In this document: one piece after another, positions 1 to 16,900 of the stretch
Layout: the number at the start of each line of letters is the position of its first letter
Numbering within the stretch: the stretch's first letter is position 1
DNA from: the human T2T-CHM13v2.0 reference genome, Homo sapiens
NCBI RefSeq assembly: GCF_009914755.1
Contig: NC_060941.1
Length of the DNA stretch: 64,000 nt
Reading direction: 5' to 3' (one strand)
Made by a program: the position numbers and the translations under genes
The notes under the pieces: model-generated
Database searches by the model: none
What the model was told of the DNA's origin: nothing
The model's input: only the letters and a program-made list of their open reading frames with translations

Positions 1-245
1 AGTCTGGCTGATGGTCTGCAGCCTGTCTGCATTGACCCTACTAGTCCAGAAGTGATATCGGGCCATACACATAGGACTCCTCATCAAAGTGGGATTTGGG
101 ATTGGAACAGAGCTCTGGGCTTTTAGTCTGCCTTGGCTCTGAATCACTTGAACTTAAACTGATCATTCTTTCCCTTTACTCCTTCAGAGGTTTTCTAAGA
201 GTTCTGAGAGGGAAAGTAAAATGCTCTTCACTTTAAATTGTAAAA

Positions 246-581
<336 letters not shown>

Positions 582-784
582 CTATTTGGTCCCTGTAACG
601 TCTATGGTTTTGTTCATAATTGGAAGGGACTCTAGCCACTGCTGAAGAGACAATGAAGATCTTTGCTCTCCCCTCATGTTGCTCATAGGTAGGGCTTGGA
701 TTTGAGAGGAGATTCCAATTCTGGAGGCTACTGTGTTGAAACTGACACCAGGGGAAGCTTAGAAGCTTAGAAAAGCTTCCTCCT

Positions 785-1065
785 GGCCGGGCGCAGTGGC
801 TCAAGCATGTAATCCCAGCACTTTGGGAGGCCGAGGCGGGTGGATCACCTGAGGTCAGGAGTTCAAGACCAGTCTGGCCAACTTGGTGAAACTCCATCTC
901 TACTAAAAAATACAAAGAATTAGCTAGGCGTGGTGGTGGGTGCCTGTAATCTCAGCAACTTGGGAGGCTGAGGCACGAGAATCGCTTGAATCCAGGAGGT
1001 GGAGGTTGCAGTGATCCAAGATGGTGCCACTGCACTCCAGCCTGGGCAACTGAGAGGGACTCCTT
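785..1065 (+). mobile_element. Alu (S-like)
   Basis: ggccgggcgcagtggctca.. dimer. Confidence 0.92.
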
Positions 1066-1232
1066 CGAAAGAGAGAAAGAGAGAAAGAAAGAAAGAAAGA
1101 AAGAGGAAGGAAGGGAAAGAAAGAGAGACAGAAAGAGAGAGAGGAAGAGAGAGAAAGGGAGAGAGAGAAAGAGAGAAAGAAAGAAAAAGAAAGAAAAGAA
1201 AAGAAGGAAGGAAGGAAAGAAGGAAGGAAGGA
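1066..1232 (+). repeat. Pure purine (GA/GAAA/GGAA) low-complexity tract derived from an Alu tail
   Basis: ~165 nt almost only A/G. Confidence 0.95.
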
Positions 1233-2429
1233 GAATCCTTCTATGAAATCCTTAATTAGGGCTCTCTGCTTAGGGGATATGTAGAGCTCCCCACCTTTCC
1301 CTTCTCTTAAAGAGCAGAGAGCTCCAAATTCCCTGGCTCCCCAAACTAGTCAGTTGGTGTTTGGGGTTAGGAGAATCCTTGGAGATCATGCAGTGCTAGC
1401 AAGCTTTGTACTTGGGTAGCTGGGTGGCAGATGCCTTGGCAAGTTTGCTGTCTTGCCCAATTCAGAGAGAAATGACCTCAGGCAACCCATGGCCAGTTCT
1501 GTGGTACCAGGCAGCTCTGAGCTACTGAAGTGGGAGCAGGAGAAGAAATAAAGAATACAAAAGGCAGACAGCTATGGCAGCTGGATGCAGTTTTAGAGTT
1601 TCTGGTGATGCCCTGACTGTTCTCCATGCCTGCCCCAGGAGAATCCAAAAAGTCAGGCAGTCCGGGACTTGTGTATGTGGAAGCTCACACATTCAGGATG
1701 TTGTTCTGGTTCCAGCTCAATGTCCACTAAGTCCTAAGGACTCAAAGCTTGGTCACAAGGGTAGCCCCTCCCAGGCTGAAAAACTGCTGGTCTAGCTCTG
1801 TGAGGCAAGGCCAGGGCTCCCCGTTTCTTAATTTCGAGGTGAACCTGGAAACTTTCCCTAGAAATGGTGCTTAGCCCCAGAGACAGGTTGGGGAGCTGGG
1901 GAAGAACCATGGGAAGCAAACCCTGGTCTCTCCATGCCCTCCACCCTCTCAATAACCTGTCCGGCCCAGACCCAGCCCAGATCTCCAGCTGCCTTGGGTG
2001 GGGGATGCAGATAGAGATTGTGGGGGCAGGGGTGCTCTCTGCCCTGGAATTGGAATCCCCCACACCAGTCTACCGGTAGATTCTGCTTCCTTTGCCCCTT
2101 TATCCTCCACCCCCATCTGCATGGTTTTTCTAGCCTCGGGAATCACCTGCCCTGGGAGTGCAGGCCAAGCTTTGGACGAGGGAAAGCACAGACTGACGCC
2201 GACCAGCCCATCCTCCCCGGCCTTGCACTGCCCGAGATCCGTGCAGGTCAAGCGGGCAAGGTGGGACGCTCTCAGGTGGGAGAATTCATAGGAATTAAGG
2301 GGAACCCACTAACTCTTCATCAAGACTAGAGGCCAGCCTAAAGAATTTTCCCCCTTTTTGTCCCAGAGACATTCTTTCCTTCCTTCTGCGTGTGTAAACA
2401 CACCTGGTCGGGCAGATTTTTCAGTAATC

Positions 2430-2780
2430 CCAATACTGAGTCACCTCACCGGCCGGGGTTTACTCCCCAGCTCCTGGATGGTAAAGCGCCCTGCGGCCCG
2501 CGGGTCAGGTCTTTAACGGTCCAGCCAGCGCAGCAAGAGAGCTGGGGAGTCTTCTTGCAGTCCCTTCCTCCTACTCACGCAAAGATCTCCTCTATGCTGG
2601 TAGGTGCACCTGCCCTCCACCGATCCTCACCCTGAGCGCAGGTCGTACCTCAAGGCGAAAACCCGCTTAGTGCGTTGGCGGGTGGAGAGCTGCCGCCTTC
2701 TTGATCCGGGACTGAGAAGCTGCACTCCCTGACGCCACTGTGGCCAGCACCTCGGGCCGCGCAGACCCCTACATCTCTAA
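2430..2780. promoter_or_regulatory. Small CpG-rich patch
   Basis: Local GC/CpG enrichment outside Alus. Confidence 0.45.
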
Positions 2781-2945
2781 TCCCATAGCCCTCCAGGGGT
2801 CCTTGGGGCAGTCCCTTTGGAAAGTCTTCGAAGTGCAGGGTACTTTAAGTACCCTGTAGACGCCTTTTATTTAATCCGCACAACAAAAGAACGGGGCAGG
2901 AGTGGGGGGAAATTGTTACTTCCGTTTTGTAGATAAGAGAACTGA

Positions 2946-5702
<2,757 letters not shown>

Positions 5703-6034
5703 CTTCTTTTGCTTTTTTTATATATAACCTTTATGTGATTGTCACACAGGACAAAATTGAGAATAATTCCTTAATACTATCCATGTTTGAATTTCCTAAG
5801 TTTTCTCAAAAATGTCTTTTTACAGTTAGTTTAAGTCAGGATCTAAACAAAGTTCATACATTACATTTGCTTGATGTCTCTCAACTGTCTTATAACCTAT
5901 AACAATTGCTCCCAATCCATTTTTCATGCCATTACTTTATTTAAAAACCTGGGCCAACCCAGTTCTCAAAAGGTATTGGACATCCTCAGAAAAGATGACT
6001 GCTCTATGTTGAACCAAACAACTGATTCTTACAG

Positions 6035-7420
<1,386 letters not shown>

Positions 7421-10028
7421 AAGCTGAAGTCTCTCTTGCCCAAAACTTTGTTCTCTGGGACCTGGTGAGAGGGTGACTCCGTGAGTGCAGAATGCAGTGC
7501 AGACGTTATTGAAGAGGCCTCACATTTTTCATTTCCAGACTACACCTAGCTCGTAAGAAGCCAGGGAATATAATAAATTCTCCCCTGCAGGACCTGGTTT
7601 TAATTAATTATTGGGTTATTCAAGGTGACTCATGTGTGAAATGCAATGTGCACTCGTAAACTGAATCTCACATAATCCATTCTAAGTAACTGGCTGCGAG
7701 CTATCCTCTCCAGAGACTTACACAAAACTTATATTTATCCTTTGAGGGTCTTGGGGCAAAATGTAAGGGTGACTTCAGTTTAAAGAGAGCTCACTTGGCT
7801 GGCTAGGGGTACTAAGAAACTGGGTCTTGTTTTCTCAACTGCTGATTTGATGAGGTTTATTTCTTAGAACATCTGGTGTTTTTATATGTATAGTATATAT
7901 ATAAGATATATGTATACGTGTATACACACATATACATTTATATATTTTAGTCATTTGTTTTGCAGTATCTGCAAAGGATATGTGAAGCCAGCTCATTGCA
8001 GAATAGAAATTGATGCTGAGTTTTTCTACAGCTAACCTGGCAGCTGAAGCTCCTCCTACTGCCAGGACCTCTGAAATTTGGTCTTTATCACCCACGATCC
8101 ATGTTCATCTCACATCTCAAGGTCTCTCCTGTACAGCGTGGAATTGCTCTTGTCTGGGATTTATATTCCCTTCTGTGTAACTTAAAAACTCCAGGCCCCA
8201 TATCTTCAAAACAGGCTTCTGTTCAGAATGGGTGTGAGTCTCCCGCAAAGAGCCATTAACACTGCAGAGCCTCTTGGTCTGCAGCATTAGGGAGTCTACA
8301 TTTTTGAAACCATTTTGGGATGGTAGGGTTGGGGGCTGAGTCTGTTCATGTAAACAGGATCTGGAAATGGTGAGGGAGTGCATCTGGCTACTCTACATAG
8401 CTCCACCTGTTTGCCAGGTGCCTTCTCCAGACCCAGGCAATGCAGAGGAGGGGGTTGGGTGGGGGAGGGGAAGGGATCCAAGGGAGACTGTGAGCCCCCT
8501 ACCCAGAGTTCAGCCAGAGAAGGAAAGGGAGACTCTGGCATTGCACCTGGGTTCCTGCCCCAGAAAAGAGGGTAAGATCTGATTTTTTTTGGCGAAGGAA
8601 GGAAGGAGAAACTGAAGGAAGAACGGGATGGTTTATTTTCTCTCAGTTTTTGTCTGACCCCTGGGTTGGAAGTGGAAGGCTCTGCTAGGGGCCCTGCACT
8701 AAGCCAGTTCTGAGCGGAGGAAGCCTCCAGCTTTTTTTCTTCCTGGTTTTCTTTTCCCTTTTGCCTCCTTTAATTCCCTTTCTTGACCTGGAAGCCAGAC
8801 ATTTTTTTTTCTAGGTAAAAGAGAGGCTAGATTCCAAATACCCCCTCAGCTCCCTGCAGACCCTGGAACTCTGTCCTGACTGGTCCCTGAAGTTCCTCTG
8901 GGCCTTCCAAACAGTGGATAAAGTCTGTGTCTCAGCTAGAGTCTCAGCCTGGAATTTCTTTTTCATGCATGGGCAGGCCTAGGGACTCTAAACTTTTGAA
9001 AAAAAATAAAATTTTCTTCCTTTCTCTGACCTACTTGAACTTTCAGTTCCAGGAGGAAGGAAATAAATGTGATGTAGTTTCAAAGTATGTGGGAATTTAA
9101 TAAATGCAGGCCGTGGAGGGTCACTTTCCCCATGAAGACAACTTTATCTGCCCCACTAGGCATCTGAAACAGTGCCATCCGAAACAGTGCCATGCGAAAC
9201 AGTGCCCACAAGCACCCACCTGCAAAAAGACACAGTGACGGAGCAACAGCAGCTGCGTCCTTACACGCAGATGAGCTGATCCAGGCTTTGAAGGAGCCAG
9301 TTAACCAGAGATGGGTTAATTCCTTTGCCAGACCAGAGGTATTGAATCCAGAGAACCCTCACTCCAGAGAAATGGAAGAAGTCTGTGACAGACAGGCAGA
9401 GGGACAGAGGGACAGATGGGAGCTCACATAGGGAAAAGAAAAAGGATGAAAATTGTAGTTAAAGAAATCAGGGACTTTCAGGGCACGCAGAGCAGAGCTG
9501 ATGGGAAGTCCCAGAGAGCTGGATAGGAGGGTAGTGGAGGCTGGGATTATCCAGAACTTGTTTTAACACAGGTATACCTGGCTCGGCTCAGCACCTGCTA
9601 GGTTGGCTTTCTAGGATGACAAAATAACCAGCCAGCCCTGCCAATTCTGGGAGAAATCAGCCAGAGCCATTGTTTGGCTTGTCTTCGACCAAACAATAGT
9701 TGATTGGCTGGAATTTTCACTTTCCCTGAGTTGTTAGCTCCTGTAAGGAGCTGGTCAAGTCCCCTTGCCCTTAGCTAAGAGTAGACCCCAGCCCCTTCTC
9801 TCCCGGCCAAGAGCTGATCGACCTGTCAGTGCAGGAAAATCTCTCAATTACTCACCTCTACCGATTGAATATTGAGAGGGAAGTGTTTTGGTTTGTTGCT
9901 TGTAAACAAAACAATCTAGAGTGATCCAGAAGTTTTATCAGCTCTAATCTCATCTCTTTCATCAAGTTATAGGCCCAGAATCAGGACTAGAGACCCACCC
10001 ACATTTTTAAAGCCCCAGACAGCCTACA

Positions 10029-10031
<3 letters not shown>

Positions 10032-10069
<38 letters not shown>

Positions 10070-10080
10070 TGTGCGTGTGT
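10032..10080. repeat. (TG)n microsatellite
   Basis: ~17 perfect TG units plus a degenerate tail. Confidence 0.97.
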
Positions 10081-10949
10081 TTGGTAGCCTGTATAGGGAA
10101 GTTTTTATTTTTATTTTCATTTTCATCATTAGTCTTATTCTTGGTTATCTCTACTTGTTTGATGTGACAGAGCCACAGCTATATTCACAACAAAGAAGGC
10201 TGAAGCATTTGGGCAAATACTCAGATTCTAATCTCCGCCCCAACCCCCCACCCCTCCATTTAGCCACATCAGTCAGAGGGCCCCCCGCCAGGGGAAAGAG
10301 AGTGGAATGGGGGATTGAGAAACAAGATTCCAAGGGCCGTGCTTGGCTGACAGTGGTCTTTCCTTCTTTTAGTAGTTTCTTTGGAGGGACTGATGAGGGA
10401 CAGCAGAATCCCCAGGAAGGGAGTGGAGGAGGTGAAATGCTGCCATCAGTGAAATGGAGAAAGAAGGAAAGCGGAGGGTTTGCTGGTTCCGGGGGGGAGT
10501 AAATCAGTCGCTTTATAATTCCACGATGTTTGCATCATTTTGGCTTCTGAGAGGCTGCGTTTTGAGGAGACACCAGAAGCCTGGGAAGTTCGCTTACTGG
10601 TTCTCAAGTCAGAGTCCCCCTTCCCGGGGCTCCTTCTGGGGACTCCGGGGGAGAGGGATCTCTCTGTCCATCCTGCAACTCCTCTCCTGGCATAGATGCC
10701 CCGCACCCCCACCTTGGGCCATCCTTATCTGCCTGTTCCCCATCACGATTGATCCTCCAGGGTCGCCAAGGCTCCTGCTGACTACAAAAACATCCCCAAG
10801 ATTCCCTTCTTGACCCGGTTCAGGCATATCTCTTTATACTTCCATGTCTCCGTTTCTCTATATTTTTACTGTGGAGGACTCAGAAGAGAGCTGAGGCTAT
10901 TGTCCGGGGAGGAAAGGAATTCGGGCAAATTTGTGGGTAGGGGCCCAGA

Positions 10950-11630
10950 CCCAAGACCCGTGTTTCTCCTGCGTGGGTTGGAGTCTGTCTCAGGTCGCTC
11001 CAGGGACATCAAGAGCCCGCGCCGCCGAGAGCCCGCGCCGCCGTCCAGCGGGAAGCAGCGGACCCACAGGGGCCTCCAGCCGCCTCCCCGCTCCCGCCCC
11101 GTGTTTCTCCTGGGCCTCCAGCTCCGTGGAGAGAGCTGAGAGTTCTCGGCCCGCGGGCTTCCTCACCAAATCCCCAAAAACCGACGCAGGCACAGAGGGC
11201 TGACTGTGTTTTGAGTAATGCACGCGAGGCAGTCCAATCCGGCGAGATGGCCCGAAGCGGGGCCCAGCGGTCGGGGGTGTGGGTCTGGAGAGAGAGGGTC
11301 TCCCCACTTCCTTCCTCCGGCTGCTCGGTCACCCATCGACTACCCGGGCGGAAGCGGGGCGCAGAGGGGCGCAGAGGGAGGCATTGCCCTCCAGGAGTAT
11401 CTATTCCCATCGGGGTATGGTGAATGCCATCTAGGCCCATGCTCCATTCCCAGGGCCCCCTCGGTTCCTCCAAAGGCGTCCACCCAGAAGCAGCCCCAGT
11501 GTCGCGCATTGACTCCCGCCGGCCAAGTCGCCGCCGAAACAGGATCTCCTAAAGCGGGCTCCACCGGGTCCCAGGGCGAAAAGGTCCGAAGATCTACGCT
11601 GTCGGAAAGACCTGGAGAACTCGGGAAGCC
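10950..11630. promoter_or_regulatory. Orphan CpG island
   Basis: Very high GC and CpG density in unique sequence; no recognisable CDS. Confidence 0.85.
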
Positions 11631-12109
11631 CAGCAACAACAAACAGGTTTCAACTTGGAAACAAACCATTAAAGTTTGGCTTAGTTTTTGGTGTGAATGG
11701 TGCAAATAATTTCTCCTCTTCACTCTTCAGTCGATCTCAGCTGTATAGAGCTGCTCTGCAAGCTAAAAAGAAATTAGTATCTATTCCCCCCGCCAACAAT
11801 TTTTTTTTAACCCGGGCTACCAGCTTAAGCAACTGGTATCATTCTTGTTGAATTAAGCTCTGAAAGCTCGCCTCAGAAAAAAAGTTTTTATTTTAAAAAA
11901 CGAATTATTAAGTCGGCAGTCTGATTTTTATTGGTTTTAATTATCTGAGAAAACTCTGCCTTTTAGTTGTGATAACGAGTATGTAGAACAGACCTTAATA
12001 AGCAGAAATGTAATTAATTTAAAATCCATAGTAGTTTTATTACCTACATATTTAAAAACAAACACTACTAAAATAATTTCCCGATTTTAATCTATCTTTA
12101 AAAAATAGG

Positions 12110-12260
12110 GGCCGGTGTAGTGGCTTACAACTGTAATCCCAGCACTTTGGGAGGCTGAGACGGGAGCATCTCTTGAGCCCAGGAGTTAGAGACCTGCCTG
12201 GGCATTAGAGTGAGAACCCCAGTTTCTATTTTTTTTAATAAAATAAAGAAAAAGAAAAAA
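12110..12260 (+). mobile_element. Alu monomer (FLAM-like)
   Basis: Left-arm consensus with A-rich tail. Confidence 0.8.
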
Positions 12261-13599
12261 TAGGTAATGTATGCTAAAGGAAAGAGTCAAAAGTTACATT
12301 GGGGACATACATTAAAAAGTAAAATAGGTCTTCCTCTCACCTCTTATCCCAGCTTCCCTTCCAAAAAGCAACTACGATTCCCATAGTATCCTTAGAGAAA
12401 TGTATATAAATAAAAATTTTTAAGACAAATGACAACATTCCACATACCGAGCTTTATATTTCGCCTTTTATTTTAAAAACTTAGTGCAACTTAATGACGA
12501 TTTTATATCTTTACTACTGCCTCTTCCTTTATAATGGTTCCATTTCGTTTTCTGAATATATCTTAATTTATGTAATTAGATGACAATTGAGAAATATTTA
12601 GATTGTTTCCAATTTTATTTTCTTCTTTTTTCTGGTGGTGCACACAATATACACTATTCTGTGTATATGCAAGTATATCTGTATGATATATTGTTAGAAA
12701 TGGATGATCTCAAAGGACTTGTGCACTTTAAAATTTTGAAGTGGTTGAACATATTTGCAGAATTACAAGCAATTTGTATGTTCTTTTCCAGAAAACTTTG
12801 TTCATGTTTTCCCATTTTCTGTTGTTTTTCATTGTTCTCGTAATTTGTTTTTATCGTATTTTGTGTTTCGTTGTTCTCATAATTTGTTTTCATGGTATTT
12901 TGCTAAAATGTAAGATTGTGTTTCGGTTTGGTTTTGTCAATAAAAGTTATGCTCGTGACTAATGTAAAGTCTCTCCGTCTATACTTATTGGAATTTTCCA
13001 GACAATTTTTCCTAGAGATGGAGGACAAAATGGAGGGGATGCCGAATGTCGACTATTGTCAGCTTAGATTTTTTTCTCTTACGGAATTCCGACCTTATTG
13101 AAAAAAATGAGGAGAGGTTTGTTTTGTTTCTTAATCATTTCTTCGCCATCTCTGACTCTCTTTAAGGTTAGAAGACACGGAAAAGTTCCACATTGGGCCG
13201 GGATGGCAAAGGCTGGATCACTGCAGAACAAAGACCTCAGTCCTCGCATCCCCACCCCGACCCCCGGCAGCCTCTTTCGCTCTAAGCCTCAGCCTAGGGC
13301 AAACTCCCCTCCGCAGGTCATCAGCCTCCCATGCCTGAGCCTCACGGAAAACCACTAGAAGGAAAGTAAGCTAGGGTCTAAGCTGTAGCCCCTCCAGGCA
13401 CCTGGCTTGTTGACATTACCCCTTCCTCCCAAGCAGAGGGGTGTCGGTCAGGCAGAGGGGTGTCGATTGCCTTGGCCTCCAGTTCCCAGTGAACTAAGAG
13501 AAAGCAGCTGGTCCCCATTCCCAGCTCCTGGGACCTAGTGATCGCCATGAGCTTATGTATGTTCCTTGGAGGACAGGCGGCTGCTTAGGAGTGGGACAG

Positions 13600-13990
13600 T
13601 AAGGACTAGGCTGGGTCTGGAGGGCTGGCGGGGCAGGAGTTGGGGGCCAGGTAGGAAAGCCAGGGGTCGAAGGGATCGATTCTAGGGGCCGCAGAGGCTA
13701 CTCTCGTGCTCTGGAGAAGCACCGCATCTTTCTCCGGACCCCCGCGCTCAGCCAATCGCCCCAAAGTCTCCAGGTGGGGGCTCCGCATTACCAGTCTTGG
13801 TCGCAAAAGCAGCCCTTTCAATCGCACCGAATTTCCCCTGGTGTGAAAAGGCGCCATCGCCAGCATTTTGCCGGGGTTTATGCCTCAATCCCGCATTCCA
13901 GCCACTTCCACGAATTACTTGGAAGACAGAATGGTTTGTGCCCATTTATCCTACCTGGAGCACAGACAAGAAACGGCCAAAAAATGAAGG
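13600..13990. promoter_or_regulatory. CpG island with a CCAAT box (cagccaatcg, ~13749-13758)
   Basis: CpG-dense, NF-Y-type motif. Confidence 0.65.
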
Positions 13991-14307
13991 CAGATTTTTA
14001 GAGGAAAGGCAAAGAGAGAAGTCGGCCTTACAGAGTTCCATGGCTCCGAGCCTGGTCTACCTAATGCAGGAGAGGAAATCACTCACATTTCCTGAGCATG
14101 CTCTGTGTCTAGGAACTTGCCAGCAGCTTCCAAGATGGAAGGGACTTCAGTCAGCCTCAAATGCCTCACCACAGCGTTTAAAGTTTGAAATAGAGGTAGA
14201 CTTTCCCCCAATGTTTTGTTATTAAATTTTACCCCCTCAGAATTATTGGACATGGGGTACAGGATTTGGTAAATTGAATTTTTAAGTTTTTATTTAAAAA
14301 TCATTTA

Positions 14308-14592
14308 TGGCCTGGTGCGGTGGCTCACGCCTGTAATCCTAGCACTTTGGGAGGCCGAGGCTGAAGGATCACTTGAAGCCAGGAGTTAAGACCAGCCTGA
14401 CTAACAAAACAAAAAATATTAGCTGGGGTGATGGCACATGCATGTAGTCCAGCCACTTGGGAGGCTGAGGTGGGAGGATTGCTCAAACCCAGGAGGTGGA
14501 GGCTGCAGAGCTATGATCACATCTGTGAGCACCCACTGCACTCCAGCCTGGATGACACAGTGAGTCTGTCTCAAAAAACAAAAACAAAAAAA
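14308..14592 (+). mobile_element. Alu (J-like)
   Basis: Alu consensus. Confidence 0.9.
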
Positions 14593-16149
14593 TTATTCAG
14601 ATAATGATTTATTATTATTATTTTGCCAAAAGACTTCTGCCAGCTATGGCCTGAGGGGCTTTATCTTATTTCTGACTGAACAACATTTAACTTTTTGGTC
14701 CCATTATCAGGTTATTTCAGGTGAGAAAATGATTTGTCCAAACAATTGCCTGAGTTAGTGTAAACTGAACACTTGTGCTTAAGATGTCTGCTCCTGTCTA
14801 GAAAGGGAGGTGGTCCTTCCAGGAAGGAAGAGCTCCCATCTCCACAGCAGACATTTCCACCCTCCTTTGCAGGTACCAGTGCCCTTGGGTGTGCATGGAT
14901 GCCATTCCCCATGCTTCCACTCTGCTTCTCTGTCTGCAGCTTGTCTTCCAGAGTGTGGGGAAAGAGCTGGGGAAGAATCTAAGGGTGGAGCTAGTGTTGC
15001 ACGGTGGTGGCAGTGGGGGTGCCCGAAGCAAGCAGCTGCAGCAAGACAGACCGGATTTCTAATGGCAGCTCCCTCCACCCTGAACAGATGGGCTGCAAAC
15101 CTGGGGCCTTAACTCACATGGGCTTTGTCTACACTCCATGATACCAGGGGGAAACCAAAATCATCCTGATGCTTCTCATCAACTGGTTGTTTCAGTGTAG
15201 ATGCTGTCTCCTATCAGTCTGATCCCATTTGTGGGCAAGATCTTTAAAAGCAAAGGGAAATAAGAAGCTGAGAATATGTTTTAATAGTAACAGTCTGAGT
15301 GGACAACTCAGTTCTTCCCTCTTCCCCTCATATTCAGGGTAGAGCGGGGAAGGATTTTAAGCTTCAATTTCTGAAATCATGTTGACCTTCTGCCCGCCCT
15401 GGTGGGTGCCACTGCACCTGTCCTCAATGTCCCCTTTCTTTCTGTTTAGTTTTACTGTTTCCTGGAGCTCTTCTGAGGCAGTCAGTGTCCAGGCAGGCAA
15501 GTGAGTTGTGGTGGGGTAGAGGGTGAGAGGACACTGTTAGACCACCTGGGTGTCACAGAAAGTTTGCTGCAGTCGAGAAGCCTGAAGGAAGGGTGGGGGC
15601 TGGGGTGGAGGAGTGTATGGCGAAAGACAACAGTGGTGTGGTGGAGTCCACTGCCTAGGAAAGCACAGACGCACCTCCAGGCGACCCTGCAGACTGGGGT
15701 CGGGAAAAGGACAGGCTGAGAAGTCTAGAAAGGCAAAGAAGTTAACGATGTTTGGCAGTCTGAGGTCTTATCAGTGTGTTGGGGTCAGGTGGGGGCCGAG
15801 GCAACAAGCTCAGGCAGACGCCAGCCGGGGCTGGGACGGTGCAGGTGAGGAGGGGCTGCCTGGGGGACAGCCCGCCTCACTGACCCAACCTGGGACAAGG
15901 TAGTGGCTGGGTTAGGGGCTGGGGTGTGTCTTGGAGCCCCCAGGTGACAGGAGAGGGAGGAAGGGAGTGACTGGTGAAACATTAACCCCCTCAGGGTTCT
16001 GAAGGGAAGGGGAACATCCTTAGAGGACACAGGGAGAAGACAAACGTCCCTTCATCCTGAGATTCACTTGGAAATCCCCTGAACTTCCAACTCCTGGCTG
16101 ATGAAACGGAGCAAGTTGTCTCTGCCTTATGGCCTCCATCACCAAGCCT

Positions 16150-16900
16150 GAAGGAGAGTCTCTCAGCCCGGTTTGGGAGTAAACCCAAAACCGTTCATTC
16201 GTCAGGGAATGCCCCAGGTTGGTTCACGCGAGTTTTAAAATGAATCGGAGGTGAAATGGAGCTCATTACCCTCTCTTCAGCCCGACCCTCAATCTTTGGC
16301 AGCGAGGGGCAGTTATGGGACGGGGGGCGGGTGGGAAGAGCGCCCAGGGCCCCCTCCGGGTTCTCCCACGGTTTCCCGCATCTGGGCCTGGCCAGCGCCT
16401 TTGGGAGGAAGGGCCTAGGCGCGGTAGGGATGCCTGGGAGTCTAGGGAGTGGCGGGGGTGTTTCTTGGCCCGGCAGGGTGGGGTTTCCAAGCGTGATCTC
16501 CTCGCCCTGGCAGAGCCGGGGTGCCGGGTGGGGGCAGGCTCGGGGGCCTGCCTGCGGTGAATCAGGCTTGTGACCTCAGGCCGTCCAGGTAAACATCCTC
16601 TGCGCTTTGGAAACTGTTGGGACTACAAAGGAGCGGGCGGCAGGGAGAGGGAAGGGGGAAGGAGGGATTCTGAGTGGAGGAGACCTCTGAAATCCTCTCT
16701 CCTGCCAGGAAACCAGGGCGGTCTTCCAAGCGGGCAGCCACGTTGCCTACTTGAGGCCAAGGCAGAAGCATCAATCACATGGGGCGTAGTTTCTGTCTGG
16801 CTAAAGAACGGCTCACGCGGACCTCGGGAATGCGACTGTGGAAACGACGGGGAAGCTGGAAGGGCTGGGTGGCGGGGGAAGCTGGAGGGCACAGCTTCCA
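16150..16900. promoter_or_regulatory. CpG-rich island with G-runs
   Basis: High CpG/GC; GC boxes (ggggcgggt). Confidence 0.7.

Noticed and set aside
986-1259. R/K/E-rich ORFs
   Set aside because: Translations of an Alu and the GA-rich tract
9166-9207. CRISPR-like direct repeats
   Set aside because: Eukaryotic DNA, no spacers; a simple tandem repeat
11355-11380. CTCF-like gcgcagaggggcgc
   Set aside because: Spacing does not fit the core consensus; it arises from a short tandem repeat
10810-11723. Many overlapping ORFs in the CpG island
   Set aside because: Expected in stop-poor GC-rich DNA; no domain apart from the short Evx-like motif reported as speculative
13005-13995. Weak matches to the Evx FQNRRMKDK exon (atggaggacaaa at ~13018; agaaacggcc..atgaagg at ~13970)
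   Set aside because: Too short and gapped to distinguish from chance
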